DNA from: Eledone cirrhosa
Lineage: Eukaryota
Direction of reading: 5' to 3'
DNA: 42,708 nt
NCBI GenBank assembly: GCA_964016885.1
Contig: CAXHJY010001161.1
Span: 1 to 42,708 of the forward strand
The notes beneath the pieces are model-generated. The model had not been told where the DNA came from and searched no databases. It saw only the letters and a program-made list of their open reading frames with translations. The position numbers and the translations under genes were made by a program. This document shows positions 29,024 to 41,177 of this stretch, in pieces. The number at the start of each line of letters is the position of its first letter. The stretch's first letter is position 1.

Positions 29024-29475
29024 ATATTGTTATACTTTGGGAGGGTCATGTTGCCAATAAGAAACACACGCACCAGTTGCTTTCACTTCAATTTATTATA
29101 ATAAATTTATAAATTTAGGAATTTATAAATTTCCGGTTGATTGGTTGGTTGGTTCCACAACCAGATGGTTGTTTATATATTGTCAAAGTTCTTTCGTCAC
29201 ACATTCTGTGACCTCTTCAGTGAAAAAACAAGATGGCGTAGGACAGAACAAAGGAGAGGCACAAAAAACAAAGAAAAGAACCCCCAGTCACTGAAGAGGT
29301 CACAGAATGTGTGACGAAAGAACTTTGACAATATATAATCAACCATCTGGCTGTGGAACCAACCAACCAACCGGAAATTTATAAATTCCTAAATTTATAA
29401 ATGTATTATAATAAATTGAAGTGAAAGCAACTGTTGCGTATGTTTCTTATTGGCAACATGACTCTCCCAAAGTAT

Positions 29476-29483
<8 letters not shown>
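29024..29483. mobile_element. Fold-back PLE-like element (about 200-bp arms), hammerhead in each arm
   Basis: Arms 29024-29223 and 29288-29483. The terminus ATATTGTTATACTTTGGGAGGGTCAT recurs at about 28499 and 22876. Confidence 0.82.
29287..29329 (+). ncRNA. Minimal type I hammerhead (mirror copy at 29182-29223, minus strand)
   Basis: GTCA-CTGAAGA-G-GTCACA-GAATG-TGTGAC-GAAA-GAAC-TT-TGAC. Confidence 0.85.
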
Positions 29484-29512
<29 letters not shown>

Positions 29513-29605
29513 CATAATTTATTTATATATATACATACATATATATATTTATATATATATATACATATGCATATATACATATATTTAAATATAATATATA
29601 CATAC

Positions 29606-29663
<58 letters not shown>

Positions 29664-30373
29664 CTATTACATTCAATATTCTATGATATCCAATATTTCC
29701 TTGAAGCAATAACTTTGATCTTTTTATTTATTGAATATAAATTTCTAGAATTTATTGTATATTTGATTTTTTCATAAGCCATATACGAAGCTGATTATCT
29801 ATTCAAGAATATTACAATTATAACAATTTATTTATTTAAAATCTGAACAGTTCTCATTTTTTTTTTATATTAAATATGTTTTTAATTATTTTTATCAGAT
29901 TTTATTTATTTCAATTAAGATTTTTAAAGCCTGCCATTAAACTTATGTTTGTTCATTTTTGGTGGAGAGTTTTTGGTGGGAACTTTTTGGTGTGTGTTTC
30001 TTTTTTTGATGTTGTTTTTATTTTGTCGGTGTTTTTATTCTTTTTTTTTTGGGGGGGGGGGGGGGTGAATCTATTTTTTTCAGACATTGTTAAAGAATTT
30101 CTTTTTCAATTTGAAGATTACCTGATAGTTTATCCTTGTCACCTTTCTTTCTTTCTTTCATTCTCTCGCCCTCTAAGTCCCCCTCATCTCTCTCTATCTA
30201 TCTCAGTCTCAATCTATTTATCTCTCTCTCTCTATATATATATATATCGTGTCTATAGTCTGCCTTTCATAGGTTATAGATTCCATACACTGGTTGTTTT
30301 TCCCTGTTTTATTGATGGCGCACTGTATCTCTCTCTAGTGTGTTACCTTTTCAACAACCTTTTCAACATATTG

Positions 30374-30441
<68 letters not shown>

Positions 30442-30486
30442 AATATATGAAATATAAGAATCAAAGAACTGTTCAAAACATTTTTG

Positions 30487-30533
30487 TGCTTACAACTGTT
30501 TCCTCCAAACCGAGGTTTGAATTCTTCGGAGCA
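30487..30533 (-). ncRNA. Minimal hammerhead, U4C variant
   Basis: Reverse strand: TGCT-CCGAAGA-A-TTCAAACC-TC-GGTTTGGA-G-GAAA-CAGTTG-TA-AGCA. Confidence 0.68.
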
Positions 30534-30965
30534 ATTTATTAATGAATGAAGAGTTATATGACCTCCTTTTCACCCAAGAGACATACAGATACATATGCAA
30601 ATATTGTGGGTCAACATTCATTACAGCATTTAGAGTGGCAGTACACACTTAGAGATTACATTCATATTAAAAGGTACAATCAAAAATACAGGTTAAAATA
30701 CAACATGAAAATAAGCGGTTATATAGTGCAAATGTTATATGTGTGGCAAGCACGTGCGTCTTGTTTATATAGTGTGGCAGAGAGTTACGTGTAGTAGAAG
30801 CACTTGGGTAGGTAAACAAGAGTGTTAGGCTGGTTGATCTTTGCTTAAACTTTAATCTGTTGTTTGTTGTTTTAATAAATATTTGCTCTACGGTTCTTAT
30901 ATATTTTATATATATTTATCCTTATCGAGCCCTCTTTGGATTTTAGTCTTCAAATTTATTATTAT

Positions 30966-31028
<63 letters not shown>

Positions 31029-31235
31029 CAAACACACACACACATATATACATTTATATATATATACATGTATATATAAATATATATATATATTATATAT
31101 ATATGTATATATATATAAGCATATATATATACATATATATACATATATATATACATATATGTATATATATATATATATATACATATATATATACATATAT
31201 ATATACATATATATATACATATATATATACATATA

Positions 31236-31267
<32 letters not shown>

Positions 31268-31355
31268 CATATATGTATACATATATATATACATATATAT
31301 ATACATATATATATACATACATATATGTATATATATATATACATATATATATACG

Positions 31356-31389
<34 letters not shown>

Positions 31390-31402
31390 CATATATATAT
31401 AC

Positions 31403-31594
<192 letters not shown>

Positions 31595-31735
31595 TTGTGT
31601 GTAGGAATTGTATTTAATTTGTTGGAATTCCGACAAACATAAATGTTTATAACTGATATAGAACACTCAACAAGTTACTGGAGTAAATATTCCAAGATAT
31701 TAAATAAATGGAAACTATATTTATAAAACCATATT

Positions 31736-31800
31736 TATTTTATTATATATATTTCAAGGGCGACCAGGCAAACCTTGGTGCGCTTTCATCAGATAAAATA
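31736..31800 (-). ncRNA. Minimal type I hammerhead
   Basis: Reverse strand: TATTTTAT-CTGATGA-[aagcgcaccaaggtttgcctggtcgccctt]-GAAA-TATATA-TA-ATAAAATA, with an 8-bp stem I. Confidence 0.85.
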
Positions 31801-32045
31801 CAAAATTTGTTTTATAAATAATGACATACCCATGGAAATCATACCTTTCCATGGGTATGTCATTATTTCCATGGGTATGTCTTTATTTCCATGGGTATGT
31901 CTTTATTTCCATGGGTATGTCATTATTTCCATGGAAATAATGACATACCCATGGAAATAATGACATACCCATGGAAAGGTATGATTTCCATGGGTATGTC
32001 ATTATTTATAAAACAAATTTTGTATTTTATCTGATGAAAGCGCAC
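31778..32045. repeat. Palindrome with internal 20-bp tandem units TTTCCATGGGTATGTC(A/T)TTA
   Basis: Four forward units and two reverse units switch at TTTCCATGGAAA (31926-31937); the outer arms are inverted. Confidence 0.9.
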
Positions 32046-32066
32046 CCAAGATTTACTTGGTTGCCA

Positions 32067-32188
32067 TTCTGAGTTCAAATCCCGCTGAGGTTAACTTTGC
32101 CTTTCATCCTTACGGGGTCGATAAAATAAAGTACCAGTAATACACTGGGTAATTGCTGGCCTTGTGCCTAACGTAGAAACAATTATTA
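32067..32188 (+). mobile_element. 5'-truncated SINE
   Basis: B box, core and tail. Confidence 0.88.
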
Positions 32189-32192
32189 TCTT

Positions 32193-32256
<64 letters not shown>

Positions 32257-32258
32257 TA

Positions 32259-32342
<84 letters not shown>

Positions 32343-32978
32343 AGGATGAATATAAAATGAAAGTGCTTTTGTTAAAAAAGGAATTTATTAGGTATTGACA
32401 TATGTTTCTGTAACAGACCGAATACCTATGTATCGCTGCTTGCGTAATCATATAATGTTAGCAAGTATTCGATAGCAAATGTATAATCAGTTGTCACTTC
32501 TTCAGAGATTTTGGATAAACTGGATAAAATCAGAAAAATTGAAGTATTTATATTAGTAAAAGAGGAAGGAACAGAGGGGATAGAATATGACAGATGGTAA
32601 AATAATTTACTGCTAAACAAGTATATAATGGGTTTTTAATGAGAATACCATGAGTAAATCTAAATAAGAATTTTGGGGGTGCCGATTTTAATCTCTACTT
32701 GACCAACTGGACAGTGGACAGGGCTGGTCATTTGGTGCAGTAGTATTAATCATAAAGTGTCAATTGGGGAAGGGGGAGATTTCGATTGCTACTAAATAAC
32801 ATCAATGCTAGTGGTCAGCTGGTATTTGCTCTAGGGAATTGAATCAAAAAATCAGAAATCTCATTTTATCTATAGCAGTTTGTATTAAAAGGTAAATAAT
32901 AGAAGAGTTGATAGAATTAAGACTAATAAAGAATGTTCATATCTATTTTGACAATCAAACGGGGATAGAGACAGGCGT

Positions 32979-34579
32979 TCAATCCTGGTAGTATTTATAA
33001 TATGAAAATGTAGATTTTAAGCGATGGTTACAGTATAACGATCGCTCTATTCTGTTATTTAATAAAATGTTTTTGGATTTCATAATACAAAATAATTCTA
33101 CATTACATAATCTACAAAATTCCTGTCCATTGGAATATGGGGGGGCAGTCGCTATTATATCCCATTTTAGGTGAAATTGTTGGTTATTTTCACGCAGCTG
33201 CCAAGCCTTGTCTGCGAGTGTTGTTACATAACGCTGGTTTTCATGTTTTATCGAATAACGATGTCTATAAAGGCGTGATTTAAAGGAGGTGGCTGTAGAT
33301 CCCACATAGTACCACTTCTGTCTATCCGATTCGATAGTACATTTGTATACGATGTTGCGTTCAAGACACTGGTTGTTCAACGGACACATTCCTGGTTGGA
33401 CACAGTTGCAATTACAATTTTGCGTTGTTGTATTGCCATGGATGGGTTGATGAGGTTGCTTATGTAGAACAGGATGTTGTTTGTTGTTTTGTGATGTTAT
33501 AGCTAATGTTTTACGTGTATTGTTATGTGTTGGAAGGCGTTTATATAACCGTTTTGCGTTAAGCATTTTTATATGTTGTTCAATATTAGGGGCGGTTGAA
33601 TATGAAAGTCGGATGGTGTTAGGGTTTAAGATTTTATTATATTTATGTGATGTTGGAAAGTGTTTTCTAACTAATCGAAAGAATTTTGAGGGTAGATTGG
33701 TTTTAATAGATTTGTTATAGACCGGGTTGTACCAGATATACTCCTTACATCGCCTTCTGTTTGGTGGTGTGCGACTATTATTGTGTCTATTGCGGTAGTG
33801 TATGTATGGTGGTGATTCTGTGCTATTTCTACTCCTATGTGATTTATTTTGGGTGTTTTGGTGATCATTGACTATATACTCTATATTATCTAGGTGACCG
33901 GCTTTCCTAAGTGCATCATCATAATACTCGGCATGTTCTTTGAAGGTTTGTTGGTTGGACGATAGGCGGGAGATTCTAAGAGAAACATTTCTAGGGATGG
34001 ATTTAATTATAGAGAGTGGATGGTTAGAACTCGTATTTACATATTTAAGGTTCTCATTTAGTTTATGGAACGGTTTAATCGTATCTGTATTGAGATTGAA
34101 AGTAACATCAAGGAAATTGACCTCTTTGAGGTTATATTCAAATGTAATATTTAATCCTAGTTCTTTAAAAAGTTTTCTGATATTTTTACGCATCCTTTCT
34201 AAATTCTGGTTATTCATATTCTTAACTAATAGGAGCGCATCGTCACGGTAAATTCCACCGTGGAGATCCTTGAATTTTCCTTGTAATCTGTGGGTGATAT
34301 AAATTCCCACAAGATCTGTTACCTCCGCCGAATCATTAGAACCCATAGTGATATCAAAATTAGAAGGTCTATCTTTGCGAACCCAGTAGCTATCATCGAA
34401 TTTAACTATAGTTTTTCTCGCTTCCATAATAATTTTAATTTCAGCATCCGTAAGGTCGGAATTATCCTTAGCGAACGAAAGAGCTTCATGTAGAGTATCA
34501 GGTGAAATTGAGGAATAATATTCATCAATATCAAACTGAATAAATTTTGATTTTTTCTTATCAGTAATGTTGTTAAACC
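32979..34579 (-). CDS. Penelope-like RT (C-terminal part) + GIY-YIG endonuclease, 5'-truncated, frame open
   Basis: The frame extends upstream of the 34427 Met as WFNNITDKKKSKFIQFDIDEYYSSIS (RT motif A). It continues with FDITMGSNDSAEVTDLVG, YRDD and VNFLDVTFNL, then CNC..CPL...CL, IVYKC..YYVGST..FKSRLYRH and CRLCNVE. Confidence 0.9.
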
Positions 34580-34581
34580 AT

Positions 34582-36172
34582 CATTACTGATAAGAAAAAA
34601 ATCAAAATTTATTCAGTTTGATATTGATGAATATTATTCCTCAATTTCACCTGATACTCTACATGAAGCTCTTTCGTTCGCTAAGGATAATTCCGACCTT
34701 ACGGATGCTGAAATTAAAATTATTATGGAAGCGAGAAAAACTATAGTTAAATTCGATGATAGCTACTGGGTTCGCAAAGATAGACCTTCTAATTTTGATA
34801 TCACTATGGGTTCTAATGATTCGGCGGAGGTAACAGATCTTGTGGGAATTTATATCACCCACAGATTACAAGGAAAATTCAAGGATCTCCACGGTGGAAT
34901 TTACCGTGACGATGCGCTCCTATTAGTTAAGAATATGAATAACCAGAATTTAGAAAGGATGCGTAAAAATATCAGAAAACTTTTTAAAGAACTAGGATTA
35001 AATATTACATTTGAATATAACCTCAAAGAGGTCAATTTCCTTGATGTTACTTTCAATCTCAATACAGATACGATTAAACCGTTCCATAAACTAAATGAGA
35101 ACCTTAAATATGTAAATACGAGTTCTAACCATCCACTCTCTATAATTAAATCCATCCCTAGAAATGTTTCTCTTAGAATCTCCCGCCTATCGTCCAACCA
35201 ACAAACCTTCAAAGAACATGCCGAGTATTATGATGATGCACTTAGGAAAGCCGGTCACCTAGATAATATAGAGTATATAGTCAATGATCACCAAAACACC
35301 CAAAATAAATCACATAGGAGTAGAAATAGCACAGAATCACCACCATACATACACTACCGCAATAGACACAATAATAGTCGCACACCACCAAACAGAAGGC
35401 GATGTAAGGAGTATATCTGGTACAACCCGGTCTATAACAAATCTATTAAAACCAATCTACCCTCAAAATTCTTTCGATTAGTTAGAAAACACTTTCCAAC
35501 ATCACATAAATATAATAAAATCTTAAACCCTAACACCATCCGACTTTCATATTCAACCGCCCCTAATATTGAACAACATATAAAAATGCTTAACGCAAAA
35601 CGGTTATATAAACGCCTTCCAACACATAACAATACACGTAAAACATTAGCTATAACATCACAAAACAACAAACAACATCCTGTTCTACATAAGCAACCTC
35701 ATCAACCCATCCATGGCAATACAACAACGCAAAATTGTAATTGCAACTGTGTCCAACCAGGAATGTGTCGTTGAACAACCAGTGTCTTGAACGCAACATC
35801 GTATACAAATGTACTATCGAATCGGATAGACAGAAGTGGTACTATGTGGGATCTACAGCCACCTCCTTTAAATCACGCCTTTATAGACATCGTTATTCGA
35901 TAAAACATGAAAACCAGCGTTATGTAACAACACTCGCAGACAAGGCTTGGCAGCTGCGTGAAAATAACCAACAATTTCACCTAAAATGGGATATAATAGC
36001 GACTGCCCCCCCATATTCCAATGGACAGGAATTTTGTAGATTATGTAATGTAGAATTATTTTGTATTATGAAATCCAAAAACATTTTATTAAATAACAGA
36101 ATAGAGCGATCGTTATACTGTAACCATCGCTTAAAATCTACATTTTCATATTATAAATACTACCAGGATTGA
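34582..36172 (+). pseudogene. Mirror copy of the Penelope-like ORF with two 1-bp indels
   Basis: Matches the minus-strand copy apart from an extra A in the run at about 34595-34601 and a missing C at about 35769, which splits ORFs 34725-35774 and 35741-36172. Confidence 0.88.
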
Positions 36173-36645
36173 ACGCCTGTCTCTATCCCCGTTTGATTGT
36201 CAAAATAGATATGAACATTCTTTATTAGTCTTAATTCTATCAACTCTTCTATTATTTACCTTTTAATACAAACTGCTATAGATAAAATGAGATTTCTGAT
36301 TTTTTGATTCAATTCCCTAGAGCAAATACCAGCTGACCACTAGCATTGATGTTATTTAGTAGCAATCGAAATCTCCCCCTTCCCCAATTGACACTTTATG
36401 ATTAATACTACTGCACCAAATGACCAGCCCTGTCCACTGTCCAGTTGGTCAAGTAGAGATTAAAATCGGCACCCCCAAAATTCTTATTTAGATTTACTCA
36501 TGGTATTCTCATTAAAAACCCATTATATACTTGTTTAGCAGTAAATTATTTTACCATCTGTCATATTCTATCCCCTCTGTTCCTTCCTCTTTTACTAATA
36601 TAAATACTTCAATTTTTCTGATTTTATCCAGTTTATCCAAAATCT

Positions 36646-36754
36646 CTGAAGAAGTGACAACTGATTATACATTTGCTATCGAATACTTGCTAACATTATA
36701 TGATTACGCAAGCAGCGATACATAGGTATTCGGTCTGTTACAGAAACATATGTC
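36646..36754 (+). ncRNA. Hammerhead-like core in the PLE 3' terminal repeat (mirror at 32397-32505, minus strand)
   Basis: CTGAAGA-A-GTGACA...TGTTAC-A-GAAA-CATATG-TC. Loop III is palindromic, but stem I pairing is poor. Confidence 0.5.
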
Positions 36755-36915
36755 AATACCTAATAAATTCCTTTTTTAACAAAAGCACTTTCATTTTATA
36801 TTCATCCTTTCTACATTTCTCCGGAATATAATTTATACTCGTTGAGCAAACCTGCACGTACGCTGTTCATCTCTAACGTAACGATATATTATCACTACAT
36901 TATTGATAACCTGAA

Positions 36916-36974
<59 letters not shown>

Positions 36975-36975
<1 letters not shown>

Positions 36976-37345
36976 CGTGGGAAAGTAAAAAATCGGAGAA
37001 TAGACCGTTAAAACATGTTTATTTAAAATATCACCTACGTACGTTTCGCCCAGTTGGGCTTCTCAAGCCATAAGGAACACTTGTGATTATTTATGCCCTT
37101 GAGAAGCCGAACTGGGCGAAACGTACGTAGGTGATATTTTAAATAAACATGTTTTAACGGTCTATTCTCCGATTTTTTACTTTCCCACGTGCTTACGCTC
37201 TGCTAACTCTCTAGCCCACTAAATATTAACACTTCGAATATTTAATACTGCCGGCACTAGTATAGAGCACCTTTGGCATACGCTACTTGGCAAATAACTA
37301 TATGTATCACCTATCCCTCCTTTTTCTCTCTTTCTCGATACGTAA
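36975..37345. mobile_element. Fold-back PLE-like element (93-bp arms) with U3-A8 hammerhead
   Basis: Arms 36975-37067 and 37098-37190. TTGAGAA-GCC(C/G)AACTGGGC-GAAA-CGTACG-TA-GG at 37099-37131. A 3' extension follows, then (TA)n. Confidence 0.8.
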
Positions 37346-37349
37346 ATAT

Positions 37350-37447
<98 letters not shown>

Positions 37448-37466
37448 ATTATATATATATATATAT

Positions 37467-37733
<267 letters not shown>

Positions 37734-37737
37734 TATA

Positions 37738-37826
<89 letters not shown>

Positions 37827-38183
37827 GTATATATATATATACATATATATATGTACATATATATATGTATATATATGTATATATATATATATAGTAGAAT
37901 AATCGAGAATCGGAATATCAGCCCACGAAATCACGATAAACAATATCCGACATGTGTGGCAGAGGGCTCAATAATTTGGATAAATCAGAGCTATAACCAT
38001 CGTTAAAATACCAACACATAGAGGTTATGCCTAAAATCACCCGTGCAGCCGAAAAAGAACGACCAGGAAGATTCGGGTCACTCAAATAAAATATCAATAA
38101 ATTAATAAATTAAATGAATGTAAAAAACTCACCCGGACCCGCTAGAAGGATGTTATGTATATGTATATGTACATATGTACATA

Positions 38184-38214
<31 letters not shown>

Positions 38215-38265
38215 ATATACATATATATGTGTGTGTTTGTTTGCATGTATATATTTGTATCACAG

Positions 38266-38332
<67 letters not shown>

Positions 38333-38373
38333 TATATACATATATGCATATATATATACATACTCAATCTCTC

Positions 38374-38404
<31 letters not shown>

Positions 38405-38449
38405 GCATATGTGTATGTATATGTGAGTGTCAATGTGAATGTCAATGTG

Positions 38450-38811
38450 TGGTATGTGTGTTTGTCTCTGTGTGTGTAGGCGTATTTGTCTGTGTGTGTG
38501 AATGTGTGTGTGTGTGAGTATGTGTGTGTGTGTTTGTCTCTGTGTATCTGTCTGTGTGTGTGTGTGTGCGTGTGTGTTTTTTTTCTCTGTATCTGTGTGT
38601 GTGTGTGTGTGTGAGTGTGTGTGTTTGTCTCTGTGTGGCTGTATCTATGTCTGCCTGTCCCTGTGTGTGTGTGTGTGTTTTCTCTGTGTGTCTGTATATG
38701 TGTGTGTCTGTGTCTGTGTGTGTGTCTCTGTGTGTGTCTGTGTGTGTCTGTGTGTGTGTGTGTGTTTGTCTCTGTGTGTCTGTATATGTGTGTGTGTCTG
38801 TGTCTGTGTAT

Positions 38812-38854
<43 letters not shown>

Positions 38855-39345
38855 TCTCTGTGTGTCTGTATCTATGTCTGCCTGTCCCTGTGTGTGTGTG
38901 CGTGTGTTTGTCTGTATATGTGTGTGTCTGTGTCTGTGTCTGTGTGTGTGTATGTGTGTGTGTGAGTGTGTGTGTGTGTGTGTTTGTCTATGTGTGTCTG
39001 TATGTGTGTGTGTGTGTGTATGTGTGTGTGTGTGTGTGTGTTTGTCTCTGTGTGGCTGTATCTATGTCTGCCTGTCCCTGTGTGTGTGTGTGTGTGTGTG
39101 TGTGTTTGTCTCTGTGTGGCTGTATCTATGTCTGCCTGTCCCTGTGTGTGTGTGTGTGTGTGTGTGTGTTTGTCTCTGTGTGGCTGTATCTATGTCTGCC
39201 TGTCCCTGTGTGTGCGTGCGTGTGTGTGTGTGCGTGTGTGTGTGTGTGTTTGTCTCTATGTGTCTGTATATGTGTGTGTCTGTGTCTGTGTGGCTGTATC
39301 TATGTCTGCCTGTCTCTGTGTATGTGTGTGTGTGTGTGTGTTTGT

Positions 39346-39382
<37 letters not shown>

Positions 39383-39489
39383 TCTCTGTGTGTCTGTATA
39401 TGTCTGTGTGTGTGTGTTTGTCTCTGTGTGTCTGTATATGTGTGTGTGTCTGTGTGTGTGTGTTTGTCTATGTGTGTCTGTATATGTTT

Positions 39490-39530
<41 letters not shown>
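38450..39530. repeat. GT-rich minisatellite with recurring TTTGTCTCTGTGTGGCTGTATCTATGTCTGCCTGTCCCTG units
   Basis: Direct reading. Confidence 0.9.
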
Positions 39531-39533
<3 letters not shown>

Positions 39534-39959
39534 AAATACAACTAATAAATATTCAAAGAGTCGTTTCTTTATATCTAAGAACGTTAACTCGGGAGAAGAA
39601 AAAAAGCGCAGACGTCACAATCAACGCGACCAAGTGTTCTGTCATAACTCGACTAGTTTATTCAGTTTAACAAACGCGATTGTATAGGGCGTACATTCAC
39701 GCGGAATACTTATATATCATTATCTATAATATATATATAGATAGTATAGATGGATATATATATATATATATAGATATATAGATATATATTGATATATATA
39801 TATTTATTTATATATGTGTGTGAGTGTACGTTGTATATGTATGTTTAAAAGGGTTAATGAAGACGAAGTATGAAGATCCGACACTGAGTTATTAGTTCCA
39901 TTTATATATTATTTTCATAAACAGCAATTCTCTATTATATAGATGTATAGAATATATTG

Positions 39960-40010
<51 letters not shown>

Positions 40011-40372
40011 TCGTCTCTGGACTCAGGCCTGGTTCGTTGGAATGTAAGGATGACGGATGACCAGCTAGTTGATGAAGACTATATACACTTAGATTCAAAC
40101 TCTTATTTAAGTGATCCACTATTATTACAGTCATCTACGTTTGGATGACAACATTTCAAATTCATAAGCACGTTTCATCAGTTTTGTCTTTTTAAGCTGT
40201 ATCTCACAACATGGATGATATTGTGACTTCGTTGTTGACAAGGTACGAATTACAATAGAAAAACACAACAAACAAGCAAACAAACAAACAAACAAACAAA
40301 CAAACATACAAAAAGAAAATTAAAAAATAAGCTAGAAGGAGGAAGAAAGAGAGGGTAAGAAATGATGGAAAC

Positions 40373-40857
40373 GAGATTCCATCTTGTCGTATTTGTCATG
40401 ACTCTGATGGAGCTACAGATCTCGTCTCTCCTGTTTTTGTCGCGGTTCCATGAGCATAAGTCCATAAATCATGCTTAGAAATGTGGTTGATGGCTTCGTT
40501 TAATAATACATGTGAAGTGTGCGGTTATAAATACGATGTCATACGACAAACAAAACCATTCTCAGAATTTCTTAGGATCCTGGAACTAAAAAAGCCAAAG
40601 AAAATTCTTTGCGGATATGTTCTGTCTTTTAGGTCTCGTCACATTTACCGCCGCCACGTTTGTTTTTAAGCTTTGAAAAGCCGAATTTTATGCTGCCCGG
40701 TTTAATCTTCGTTACTTTTTTCATGAGTATTACTTACGCTATCGGCATCGAAGCTTTCAATTATCATTATTTTGTCTGGGAATCTTGGAAAAGAAAGAAC
40801 CAGACTGTTAAAATCAAAAATGTATCTTGGCCAGCTCTTCAGGACGTCAATGATTAG
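40373..40857 (+). pseudogene. MARCHF2/3: Intronless MARCH2/3-like RING-CH E3 ubiquitin ligase, multiply frameshifted
   Basis: Joining frames gives CRICHD...LVSP/CFCRGSM/VHKSCLEMWL...TCEVC, then KPFSEFL/DPG/FFADMFCLLGLVTFTAA (TM1), GLIFVTFFMSITY (TM2) and YHYFVWESWKRKNQTVKI. Confidence 0.82.
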
Positions 40858-40956
40858 TACGAGAGGTAAGTCAAAAGTATTCCTTTACATCTATTCCGAG
40901 TCTTTAGTTCTGGCAACATTTTGGTCAGTCGAGATCACGTTATCTATAAGCGTACT

Positions 40957-41138
40957 GGTGGATTGGCAGTATCGGTAGAGGGTCGGACGCCATGCTTTGA
41001 CGCATAGAGTTACGGCCGTTATGATCTGAGTTCAAATCCCGCCGAGGTTAACTTTGCCTTTCATCCTTACGGGGTCGGTAAAATAAAGTACCAGTAATGC
41101 ACTGGGTAATTGCTGGCCTTGTGCCTAAAGTAGAAACA
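40957..41138 (+). mobile_element. Full-length SINE with 18-bp TSD
   Basis: GTTATCTATAAGCGTACT at 40939-40956 and 41139-41156. Confidence 0.93.
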
Positions 41139-41177
41139 GTTATCTATAAGCGTACTCATACTTTTGTTCCTATCTTT

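Larger units (their letters stand above)
32338..36918. mobile_element. 5'-truncated Penelope-like retroelement forming a 2 x 2232-bp inverted duplication, inserted in (TA)n
   Basis: Arms 32338-34569 and 34582-36813 with a 12-nt spacer. The right arm has a further ~105-bp 3' extension. Encodes RT and GIY-YIG domains. Confidence 0.95.

Noticed and set aside
31846-31977. Regular 20-bp repeats resembling a CRISPR array
   Set aside because: No unique spacers, no cas genes, and a eukaryotic context.
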